Source: Bacteroidales bacterium (lineage in GTDB: Bacteria; Bacteroidota; Bacteroidia; Bacteroidales; WCHB1-69). Taken from it: a DNA stretch of 64,000 nucleotides. This document shows, one piece after another, positions 26,235-34,788 of this stretch. The notes below the pieces were generated by a model, which made no database searches, was not told the origin of the DNA, and was given only the letters and a program-made list of their open reading frames with translations. Location: positions 17,452-81,451 of the forward strand of contig JBGUPL010000029.1 of NCBI GenBank assembly GCA_045130275.1, read 5' to 3'. The first letter of the stretch is position 1. Each line of letters opens with the position of its first letter. The position numbers and the translations under genes were made by a program.

Positions 26235-26777
26235 ATGAAAAACATCACCTTTATCGTCGCTGCGTGCTGTCTGATGATGGCCGCTTGCGCACAGTCACCC
26301 AAAAGTGCTGACAGCCAAATCAATTTACAAACCAATCAGAAAGAGATGAAAAAGACTTTGATCGTTTATTTCTCGGCCACCGGCAACACCAAGGCGGCCG
26401 CGCAGAAACTCGCCCAAGAGTACAACGCCGACCTTTACGAAATCACCCCGGAACAACCGTACACTTCCGCCGACCTCGATTGGCGCGACAAGCAATCCCG
26501 CTCCACGCTCGAGATGAAGGACAAGAGTTCCCGCCCCGCCATCAAGGGTAACTGCGAGAACATCGCCGACTACGACACGGTGTGGATCGGCTTCCCGGTG
26601 TGGTGGTACACCGCCCCCACCATTGTCAACACCTTCATCGAAGCCCACGATCTCAGTGGCAAGGTGCTCAACGTGTTCGCCACCAGCGGCGGCAGCCCTG
26701 TGGAGCCGTGCGCCGACGACCTCAAAAAGGCCTATCCACAATACCAATGGGGCGAAAGCCGTCTGATGAATCGCTAA
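26235..26777 (+). CDS. flavodoxin family protein with lipoprotein-type signal peptide
   Basis: MKNITFIVAACCLMMAAC signal/lipobox. Flavodoxin FMN loop LIVYFSATGNTK and GFPVWWYTAP. Confidence 0.8.
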   Translation: MKNITFIVAACCLMMAACAQSPKSADSQINLQTNQKEMKKTLIVYFSATGNTKAAAQKLAQEYNADLYEITPEQPYTSADLDWRDKQSRSTLEMKDKSSRPAIKGNCENIADYDTVWIGFPVWWYTAPTIVNTFIEAHDLSGKVLNVFATSGGSPVEPCADDLKKAYPQYQWGESRLMNR

Positions 26778-26901
26778 ATCCCCTCCGTTGCAGAGCCTGT
26801 CGATGCCATTGTTGGCGTGCTCGCAGGGAAGGAAATGCAGGACCAGGCCATTGACCAGTTTGTCATGAAGAATGCCTGTTGCACCCTAAATTATTCAACG
26901 A

Positions 26902-27663
26902 ATGGACAGACGAGAATTTCTGAAGAAGGCGGCCCTCGGAGTGGCGGCAGTGGCGGCGACCAGCCTGCTGGAGCATCCCGCCGTGGCTGCGGCTAACAAA
27001 ATGATTAACGACAAAATACCGAATAATATGAAGAAAATAATGGTTATCGACGGCGGTCCGCGCCGTAATATGAACACTGCCGCCATGTTGGAATCCTTCG
27101 CCAACGGCGCCAAAGAGGGTGGGGCAGAAGTGAAGGTTGTCCGTCTCAATGACATGGACTACAAGGGCTGCATGTCGTGCATGGCCTGCAAACTCAAAGG
27201 CAAGGCCTCGAACATCTGCAAGTTCAAGGACGCCTTGACCCCTGTTTTGGAGGAGATTGCCGAAGCCGATGGCTTAGTGCTCGGCTCCCCGATCTACTTC
27301 GGCGACGTGACCGGCCAGATGCGCACCTTCTTGGAACGGCTGGCTTTCCCGTGGCTCTCCTACAACGACTACAGCTTGACTGCGCCGAAACGGATGCCCG
27401 TGGTGCTGTTGGAGACTATGAACGGCACTCCCGCCCGCAACAACAGCAAGGGCTACGGTTCGATGGAGCACTGCATCTCCGCCGCGCTCGGCGACCCCGA
27501 ACGGCTGGTCGCCTACAACACCTACCAGGTGAAGAACTACGACCGCTACGAGCTAGCCGGCTTCTCCGAAGAGGCCAAGCGGAAATACCGCGAGGAGCAT
27601 TGGGAAGAGGACCTGCAGAAGGCCTTCGAGGCGGGGAAGCGGATGGCGGAGGCGAAAGAGTGA
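26902..27663 (+). CDS. Tat-signal flavodoxin-fold NAD(P)H-dependent FMN reductase / iron-sulfur flavoprotein-like
   Basis: Twin-arginine motif MDRREFLKKAALGVAAVAA. Flavodoxin-like fold (IMVIDGGPRRNMNT, LVLGSPIYFGDVTGQM). Cys cluster CMSCMACK. Confidence 0.75.
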   Translation: MDRREFLKKAALGVAAVAATSLLEHPAVAAANKMINDKIPNNMKKIMVIDGGPRRNMNTAAMLESFANGAKEGGAEVKVVRLNDMDYKGCMSCMACKLKGKASNICKFKDALTPVLEEIAEADGLVLGSPIYFGDVTGQMRTFLERLAFPWLSYNDYSLTAPKRMPVVLLETMNGTPARNNSKGYGSMEHCISAALGDPERLVAYNTYQVKNYDRYELAGFSEEAKRKYREEHWEEDLQKAFEAGKRMAEAKE

Positions 27664-27773
27664 GTTTTGCTGGCTGTTAGCCGCCAAAAGCCAACAGCTA
27701 AAAGCTAAAAGCCAAACCTAAAACCCAAAGAATAATCGAATCAACAAATAATATCACTTAAAACAATAAAACA

Positions 27774-28322
27774 ATGGCTACTATTTATGATTTCAAGGCC
27801 CTGAACAACAAGGGCGAAGAGGTGGACATGGCGCAATACCGCGGCAAGGTCCTCATGATTGTCAACACCGCTTCCAAATGCGGTTTCACCCCACAATATG
27901 ACGGGCTGGAGGCGCTGTACAAGAAGTACAAAGACCAAGGTCTCGTGATTCTCGGATTCCCGTGCGACCAGTTCAAGCACCAGGAGCCCGGTTCCGATGC
28001 GGAAATCGCGGAGTTCTGCCGCCTCAACCATGGCGTCACCTTCCCGCTGATGAAAAAGATCGACGTTTTCGGCGAGAATGCCCACCCGATATTCAAATAT
28101 CTGACCCAAACCGTGCCCACTGAAGAGGTGAAAGGACTGAAAAACAAGGCCACGATGGCTTTCGTGGACGGTCTGAGCAAATCTGAAGGTCGCGAGGAAG
28201 GCGGTGTGCGCTGGAATTTCACCAAGTTCCTCATTTCCAAAGACGGCAGCATCGTCAAACGCTTCCCGCCTGTGGCCACGCCCGAGGATATGGAGGCAGA
28301 TGTTGAATCTATGTTGAAATAA
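27774..28322 (+). CDS. glutathione peroxidase (cytoplasmic paralogue)
   Basis: VNTASKCGFTPQYDGLEALY, FPCDQF and WNFTKFLI motifs. No signal peptide. Confidence 0.9.
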   Translation: MATIYDFKALNNKGEEVDMAQYRGKVLMIVNTASKCGFTPQYDGLEALYKKYKDQGLVILGFPCDQFKHQEPGSDAEIAEFCRLNHGVTFPLMKKIDVFGENAHPIFKYLTQTVPTEEVKGLKNKATMAFVDGLSKSEGREEGGVRWNFTKFLISKDGSIVKRFPPVATPEDMEADVESMLK

Positions 28323-28329
28323 TTCGATT

Positions 28330-29085
28330 ATGATCCTCTACTTTTCAGGCACGGGCAACAGCTTAGCCATCAGCCGCCATATCGCGGAGAAACTCAACGA
28401 AACGGTGATGCCGCTCAGTCAGGCGGTGCATCAGGATTTGTCGCAGGAGCGGCGCATCGGGCTGGTCTATCCCAGCTACTGGTTCAACGCGCCGCGGGCG
28501 GTGACGGAGTTGCTGCCGCGACTGCAATTGCCCAAGGAGGCGTACGTCTTCGTCGTCATCCCTTGCGGCGCGCAGGCCGGCAATGCTATCCATACGGTTC
28601 AGAAACTGCTGGCCGACAAAGGGTTGCCGTTGGCGTACAGTCAGAAAATCCGCGTGCCCGACAACAGCGCCGTCGGCTTCGGGCGCGACCCCAACAAGCA
28701 AGTGTGGAAGTTCGAGAAGTACGCCGCGCGGTTGGAGCGCATCACCGAGGAGATTGCCGCCGGCACGCACCGTCTGCACTACGCGTGGTGGGGACCCATA
28801 GGTGCCTTGTGCGCCCGTCCCGGTATGCAACGCCGCACGCTGCCGATGCTCACGCCCGCCGTCAATACTGACCTGTGCGTGGGTTGCGGCATCTGTGCCG
28901 ACGTGTGCCCGCAAGGCAACATCGTCCTCACGGACGGCAAAGCCCGTTGCGGCGACAACTGCACGCAATGCCTCGCCTGCGTCCACTTCTGCCCGAAGCA
29001 GGCTGTCGAGCTCAACCGCAAGCCTACGCCCAAAGCGCACCAGTACCACCACCCGAAGGTGACGGTAGGGGATATGAAGCGGTAA
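28330..29085 (+). CDS. flavodoxin-domain / 2x[4Fe-4S] ferredoxin fusion (EFR1-type ferredoxin)
   Basis: MILYFSGTGNS flavodoxin loop. CVGCGICADVCP and CTQCLACVHFCP cluster motifs. Only 7 nt after the gpx stop. Confidence 0.8.
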   Translation: MILYFSGTGNSLAISRHIAEKLNETVMPLSQAVHQDLSQERRIGLVYPSYWFNAPRAVTELLPRLQLPKEAYVFVVIPCGAQAGNAIHTVQKLLADKGLPLAYSQKIRVPDNSAVGFGRDPNKQVWKFEKYAARLERITEEIAAGTHRLHYAWWGPIGALCARPGMQRRTLPMLTPAVNTDLCVGCGICADVCPQGNIVLTDGKARCGDNCTQCLACVHFCPKQAVELNRKPTPKAHQYHHPKVTVGDMKR

Positions 29086-29183
29086 CGCATTTTCCGCCAA
29101 AAGTGTCTATGAAATACATAATAATTTGAGAATCAGCTTTATAAAATCGAAGGTATAAAGATGGTAAATCAATAAAAAAATTG

Positions 29184-29191
29184 TACTTTTG
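29184..29191 (+). promoter_or_regulatory. -7 box TACTTTTG preceding the TPP riboswitch
   Basis: TAnnTTTG match immediately 5' of the riboswitch. Confidence 0.55.
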
Positions 29192-29194
29192 CCG

Positions 29195-29270
29195 CCGTTT
29201 TGAAAGGGGTGCCGGAAGGCTGAGATCAGACCCGTTGAACCTGATGCGGATAATGCCGCCGTAGGGAAAT
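29195..29270 (+). promoter_or_regulatory. TPP (thiamine pyrophosphate, THI-box) riboswitch
   Basis: GGGGUGC..GGCUGAGA..ACCC..GAACCUGAUGCGGAUAAUGCCGCCGUAGGGAA matches the conserved TPP aptamer core almost position for position. Confidence 0.9.
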
Positions 29271-29376
29271 TCACAACGTCCTCTTATCCCTCTTTCAGTG
29301 TGTTTAATTTATTAATAACCAAACTGTTAGAGCTATGTTTAAAAGTTTAGAGTTTAGCGTTTATGGTTTAAGGCGT

Positions 29377-31674
29377 ATGGCGGTTCGCACTGTTGTTGCC
29401 TTGGCCTGTTTTATTTTCATTCCTGCAGCCCTCTTCGCGCAGAAGCCGGACACGGTGCAGCAGGGTACCATCCAGGGAGTGACCATCGAGTTCCAGAAAC
29501 CCTCGGTGCAGCAGTCGGCGAACGTGACCACGATGTCGATGCCGCAGATACGCGCACAGCAGGGCAACGGCAGCGTCAACAACTTGCTGGAGCTGATGCC
29601 TTCCGTGGTGGTCACTTCCGAGTCGGGTAACGGCCTGGGCGCCACCTACATGTTCATCCGCGGCATCGACCAGACCCGTATCAACACCACCCTCAACGGC
29701 GTGACCATCAACAACGCCGAGTCGCAGGGTTCGTGGCTGGTGAACCTGCCCGACATGGGTACCTACATCCAGAATGTGAGCGTTCAGAGCGGTGCCAACA
29801 CCTCCGACGGCAGTACCTCCTACGGCGCCCGTGTCGATTTTGTGACTCGGAACATCCCGTTGAAACCCTTCGCGGAGGCCCGCACGGCGTACGGTTCTTT
29901 CAACACCTTCCACAACATGGTGAGCGCGGGTACCGGCCTCATCGGCAAGCGTTTCTCCATGCTCGCCTCCTTCTCCGACATCCGCAGCGACGGCTACATC
30001 GACTATTCCGGTGTGCGCCTCAACTCGGGCTTCCTCACCGCACAACTTGATCTTTATAACTTCAAGAAGAACAAGGACAACGGCAAACTGCGTTTCCACA
30101 TGCTCTATGGCACCGAACACACCGGTCTCGCTTGGAACGGCGTGCCCTTCGACCTGCTTGAGACCGACCGCACCTACAACTCCTGCGGTGAATATTACGA
30201 TGACAACGGTGAGCGTCACTACTACGATAATTCCTTTGATCATTATACCCAGACTTTTTACCAACTGGAGTATCTCAAAGATTGGATTCGTCAAGGAGGC
30301 CTCCAACACCACAGCTTACAGGTGATGCCCTATCTGACGCGTGGTTTCGGCTATTACGAACAGTATAAAGACGACAAAAAAGTGGGTAAATATGGATTAG
30401 AGGGCCTTATTCGAATTGTCGGTCATGAACTTGATAGCACGAACTATATGGTTAACTATTTATATGACACCGTTAAAAAGACAGATCTAGTCACCCAAAA
30501 ATATTTGGACAACTACTACTATGGTCTTCATGCACAATATACTGGTTCACAAGTGTTTAAGAACCATACGGACCAGGGTTTGCGCTGGGTGGCAGGCGTG
30601 GATGTGAGCAACTACAACGGCAACCATTACGGCAACATTGTATGGGTGCAGCCTGACCGGGTGGTGGAGTGCCCTGCGAATTATGAGTGGTACCGCGGAA
30701 CCGGTAACAAGCTGCAGTCCAAAGTATTCGGCAATGTTCGTTACTGGATCAAGAACTTCAGCGTGACCGGCGAGTTGCAGTACCGTCGCGTGGATTACAC
30801 CATTGAAGGGGTCAACGACGAGCTGACGCCCATTCCGCAGGAGTACCACTGGAACTTCGTGAACCCGAAAGTCGCGTTGCACTATTACCTGCAACGTCCC
30901 AAGGTGAAACACAGCTTCGACCTCTCCTTTGCCACGGCCAACCGCGAACCCACCCGCAACGACCTCGTGGGCGCCCCCGACGACCGCAAGCCCGTTCCGG
31001 AAACCCTCTACGATGTGGAGTTTAGCTACATGAACTACAATGACAAGTACTTCTTCAACACCACGTTATACGGAATGTACTACAAAAACCAGCTGGTGCG
31101 CACGGGCGAGCTCGACCAGACCGGCGACCCGCTCATGACGAACGTCGATAAGAGCTACCGTCTGGGCATCGAGCTTTCTGCTGCTTACAAACCGGTGCGT
31201 TTCTTCACATGGCACGTCAACGGCGGCTTCAGCCTCAACCGCATCCTCGACTACACGCATTATGTTGAAGATTGGGAGAACGGCGGCTATGTGGAACAGC
31301 AGATCGGCAACACGCCCATCGCCTATTCCCCGAATATCGTGTTGGGCAACGATTTCACCTTCACCCCGCTCAAGGACTTCAACATCAGCCTCATTACCAA
31401 GTTCGTCAGCAAGCAGTATCTCGACAACTCCGGCGACGCCACCTATATTCTGAAACCCTACAGCTATACCAATCTGCGTCTATCCTACACCTTCCACTTC
31501 AAAGCGCTGAAGGATTTGGAGTTGTTCCTGAACGTCAACAACCTCTTCAACACGAAGTATGAGACCAATGCGGCGCTGTACGAGGGTTACTATGGCGGTG
31601 AGATTTCGTATGACCCGTACTATTTCCCGCAGGCCGGTATCAATTTCCTCGGTGGCGTGAGAGTCCGGTTCTGA
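29377..31674 (+). CDS. TonB-dependent receptor under TPP-riboswitch control (thiamine or thiamine-precursor uptake candidate)
   Basis: Signal peptide MAVRTVVALACFIFIPAALFAQ, plug motifs and a terminal aromatic residue. The ORF track start at 29335 lies in a low-complexity spacer. Confidence 0.85.
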   Translation: MAVRTVVALACFIFIPAALFAQKPDTVQQGTIQGVTIEFQKPSVQQSANVTTMSMPQIRAQQGNGSVNNLLELMPSVVVTSESGNGLGATYMFIRGIDQTRINTTLNGVTINNAESQGSWLVNLPDMGTYIQNVSVQSGANTSDGSTSYGARVDFVTRNIPLKPFAEARTAYGSFNTFHNMVSAGTGLIGKRFSMLASFSDIRSDGYIDYSGVRLNSGFLTAQLDLYNFKKNKDNGKLRFHMLYGTEHTGLAWNGVPFDLLETDRTYNSCGEYYDDNGERHYYDNSFDHYTQTFYQLEYLKDWIRQGGLQHHSLQVMPYLTRGFGYYEQYKDDKKVGKYGLEGLIRIVGHELDSTNYMVNYLYDTVKKTDLVTQKYLDNYYYGLHAQYTGSQVFKNHTDQGLRWVAGVDVSNYNGNHYGNIVWVQPDRVVECPANYEWYRGTGNKLQSKVFGNVRYWIKNFSVTGELQYRRVDYTIEGVNDELTPIPQEYHWNFVNPKVALHYYLQRPKVKHSFDLSFATANREPTRNDLVGAPDDRKPVPETLYDVEFSYMNYNDKYFFNTTLYGMYYKNQLVRTGELDQTGDPLMTNVDKSYRLGIELSAAYKPVRFFTWHVNGGFSLNRILDYTHYVEDWENGGYVEQQIGNTPIAYSPNIVLGNDFTFTPLKDFNISLITKFVSKQYLDNSGDATYILKPYSYTNLRLSYTFHFKALKDLELFLNVNNLFNTKYETNAALYEGYYGGEISYDPYYFPQAGINFLGGVRVRF

Positions 31675-31716
31675 TGGATTTCTGTGTTATAGGCAGATGG
31701 TTTTCTAACATATTGA

Positions 31717-31748
31717 AGAGCGCTTTCCTGAGGGAGGCGCTCTTTTTG
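31717..31748 (+). terminator. rho-independent terminator after the receptor gene
   Basis: AGAGCGC..(13 nt)..GCGCTCT stem followed by TTTTT. Confidence 0.6.
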
Positions 31749-31804
31749 ATTGCGGATGAATCTTCGTTTTTTGCTGAAAAAAATGTATCTTTGCCCGATT
31801 ATTT

Positions 31805-32392
31805 TTGATGATGGATTATTACGACGATCTGCTGCACATTGAACCCACCGCGTTGGCTCCGGAGGCGGGACGACTGTTGATATCCACCCCTTATTTCAAT
31901 GATCCGTTCTTCAACCATTCCGTGGTGTTGCTGACCGATTATGAGGAGGAGCATACTGCGGGGCTGATCATCAACCGGCCGTTGCCGCACACGGTGTATG
32001 ATGTGGTAAACGAAATCCGTGTGGACGATCCGATCTTTTTCGGCGGCCCGGTGTTGGCGGAAGCTGTTTTCCTGCTCCACAGCTTTGATGCATGCCCTGA
32101 GGCCACCCGTCTTCTGCCCGGTGTGTATGTGGGCTACAATCCTGTGCTTATCGCGGTGATTGAGCAGCATGCCATCGCCAACCTCAAGTCCAAATTCCTG
32201 CTGGGTTATGCCGGCTGGTCGCCTGGACAGCTCGAAGATGAAATCCAGCGCAAAATGTGGGTCGTCGCCCCTGCCACGAAATCACTCGTCTTCGACACGC
32301 CTCCTCAGGATATTTGGACCCGAGCGGTAACCCGACTGGGCAAATCTTACGACCATTGGCTGAAAATACCCAAAAATATTGGATATAACTGA
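31805..32392 (+). CDS. YqgE/AlgH family (UPF0301) protein
   Basis: GRLLISTPYFNDPFFNHSVVLLTDYEEEHTAGLIINRPL signature. Confidence 0.85.
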   Translation: MMMDYYDDLLHIEPTALAPEAGRLLISTPYFNDPFFNHSVVLLTDYEEEHTAGLIINRPLPHTVYDVVNEIRVDDPIFFGGPVLAEAVFLLHSFDACPEATRLLPGVYVGYNPVLIAVIEQHAIANLKSKFLLGYAGWSPGQLEDEIQRKMWVVAPATKSLVFDTPPQDIWTRAVTRLGKSYDHWLKIPKNIGYN

Positions 32393-32443
32393 GCAGTGAA
32401 CCGTAAGAATGCGTGTCGGATTCTCAATCATTAACCCAAAACA

Positions 32444-33829
32444 ATGAGTCGCGAAACTTTTAACAACCATACAGTCTATTCGTTGTCGGATGTGGCCCTG
32501 AGTCTCCATAAGGTGATCGAGCGGACGTACACTCGACCGTACTATATCAAGGCGGAGATTCTAAAGCTGAATTACTATCCGTACAGCGGGCATTGTTATC
32601 CGGAACTTGTGGAACGCGACGGGAATGTGATCAAGACGGAGATGCGTGCGGTGATCTGGTCCACCCACTTCCAGGATATCAACCGTCGTTTCGTGCAGAT
32701 CACCGGTGAGCCGCTGAAGGAGAACATCCGCATTTTGTGTCTGGCCACCGTGCAGTTCAGTCCGAAACATGGTTTGGCGCTGCATATCGAGGACATAGAG
32801 CCGGCCTACACTCTCGGCGAGATGGTCCGCAACCGCCAGGAAGTCATCGCACGCCTCAAAGACGAGCAGATCTTCGAACTCAACCGGAATCTGAAGATGC
32901 CTATGTTGCCCAAGCGTGTGGCGGTCATCTCCGTGGAGACGAGCAAAGGGTATAGCGATTTCATGCAGACATTGCACCAAAATGAGTATGGATATTGCTT
33001 CCATACAGATCTTTTCCCGTCCATTCTCCAGGGTGACAAAGCCATAACGGGTATTATGGGGCAACTCGATAGAATCGAGGCGCGCCAGCGTGAGTTCGAT
33101 GTGGTGGTTCTTGTGCGCGGCGGCGGCGGTGATGTGGGCATGAGCTGCTACGACGATTACAACCTTACCCGTCGGGTGGCCACGTTCCCCTTGCCAGTCC
33201 TCACCGGTATCGGTCACTCCACCAACCTCACCGTCACAGACATGGTGGCGCATGCCAATTTCATCACGCCTACGGATGTCGCCTTCTCATTGCTGGAACA
33301 TTTCCGCCGTTTCGATGACCTTCTTGGCGAAACGGTGTCGAGGATGGTGCAGCAGGTGCGTGCGCTGGTTGCGGAGCACCGGCAGGCGCTGGCGCTTACG
33401 GAAACCGCGTTCCGCTACAATTTGCCGAATGTGTTGGCTGAGCAACGTAAAATGTTGGGCGAGATCGCCAAAGAGCTGGTGTTCAACTCGAAATCGGTGA
33501 CGATGAACCAAACTTTCCATTTGAAGGCCCTTGCCCAGAAGATGGAACGGGATATGCAGTTGCATCTACATCAGGAGTTGTTGCAATTGCAAGGGATTAA
33601 AGAGGCGCTTCCCCGTTTGGGGAAAGCCGTATTGCAGAAATACCGAAGGGAATGCGACAGTGTGGATGAACAGTTGCGCCTCCTCAGCCCTGAAAACGTC
33701 CTGAAGCGCGGATACAGCATCACGTTGCGTGACGGCCATGTGATCACCCAAGCCGGCGACCTGCGCCCCGGGGACCACATTGTCACACGATTTTTCGAAG
33801 GGGAGACTGAATCGGTGGTCAACGGATGA
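32444..33829 (+). CDS. xseA: exodeoxyribonuclease VII large subunit
   Basis: N-terminal OB-fold region, VAVISVETSKGYSDF and VVLVRGGGGDVGMSCYDD motifs, and a long C-terminal coiled coil. Confidence 0.9.
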   Translation: MSRETFNNHTVYSLSDVALSLHKVIERTYTRPYYIKAEILKLNYYPYSGHCYPELVERDGNVIKTEMRAVIWSTHFQDINRRFVQITGEPLKENIRILCLATVQFSPKHGLALHIEDIEPAYTLGEMVRNRQEVIARLKDEQIFELNRNLKMPMLPKRVAVISVETSKGYSDFMQTLHQNEYGYCFHTDLFPSILQGDKAITGIMGQLDRIEARQREFDVVVLVRGGGGDVGMSCYDDYNLTRRVATFPLPVLTGIGHSTNLTVTDMVAHANFITPTDVAFSLLEHFRRFDDLLGETVSRMVQQVRALVAEHRQALALTETAFRYNLPNVLAEQRKMLGEIAKELVFNSKSVTMNQTFHLKALAQKMERDMQLHLHQELLQLQGIKEALPRLGKAVLQKYRRECDSVDEQLRLLSPENVLKRGYSITLRDGHVITQAGDLRPGDHIVTRFFEGETESVVNG

Positions 33830-33935
33830 AGAGGGAAGAGCACTGTTTACGTTAAAAAAAATGTAACTTTGCCCGTTTGAAAAAGGTATATTGAAATAAT
33901 TCTAACGAAAAGTAAATCAGATAAATATAAACATT

Positions 33936-34721
33936 ATGATGAAACCAAAGATTGTTATCGGAAACTGGAAAATGAACAAGGACTTCGAAGAAGCTGAAGA
34001 CCTTATCACCAAAATAGAGGAAGAACTGGCTGATTATCAGCTCCAGACGGAGGTTGTGCTTTGTCCGCCTGCCATCTACGCCGAATTGGTCACCGACCAT
34101 GCCAGCCTGGAGGACAGCCATTTCTACGCTGGTTTGCAGAATGTGAGCGAATATGAGAATGGTGCATATACTGGAGAAGTCTCCGCGGAGATGCTTGCTT
34201 CCATGGAGGTCGATTTCTGCATCGTGGGACATTCGGAACGTCGCAAATATTTTGGTGAAACGGATGAGATTGTACTCAAGAAGATGCTTCGACTCCTTGA
34301 TAACCAGATCGTTCCGGTGATGTGCTGCGGTGAGACGCTGGAGGAACGCAAGGCTGGCAAACATTTTGAGGTGGTGCAGAAGCAGATTGAGGCCACCATT
34401 TGCACGCTCACGCCCGAGCAGTTGGAGCGCACGATGATCGCCTATGAGCCTATTTGGGCCATCGGCACGGGCGAGACAGCCACCCCGGAGCAGGCTCAGG
34501 AAATGCTCGCTTTCATCCGTTCCCTCATCGAAAAGAAATTCGGCACCGAACTCGCCGTTTTCACCTATATCCTTTACGGCGGCAGCTGCAATGCCAAAAA
34601 CGCCCTCGAACTCTTCTCTCAACCTGATGTTGACGGCGGACTCATTGGCGGCGCCTCCCTCAAACCCGACGATTTCATCAAGATCATTGAGGCTGCCGAA
34701 ACGGTGATTAAAGATAATTAG
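33936..34721 (+). CDS. tpiA: triose-phosphate isomerase
   Basis: IGNWKMN, VGHSERR, AYEPIWAIGTG and GGASLK motifs. Confidence 0.95.
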   Translation: MMKPKIVIGNWKMNKDFEEAEDLITKIEEELADYQLQTEVVLCPPAIYAELVTDHASLEDSHFYAGLQNVSEYENGAYTGEVSAEMLASMEVDFCIVGHSERRKYFGETDEIVLKKMLRLLDNQIVPVMCCGETLEERKAGKHFEVVQKQIEATICTLTPEQLERTMIAYEPIWAIGTGETATPEQAQEMLAFIRSLIEKKFGTELAVFTYILYGGSCNAKNALELFSQPDVDGGLIGGASLKPDDFIKIIEAAETVIKDN

Positions 34722-34736
34722 GAAATATGTGTCGCT

Positions 34737-34760
34737 AGGGGCGAATAATTATTCGCCCCT
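34737..34760. repeat. perfect 24-nt palindrome AGGGGCGAATAATTATTCGCCCCT (intergenic copy)
   Basis: 12+12 perfect palindrome between tpiA and the OmpA-family gene. Same family as 11645-11668 and 59097-59119. Confidence 0.85.
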
Positions 34761-34788
34761 ACACCCAATTGTAAATCTCCAACCGTCA

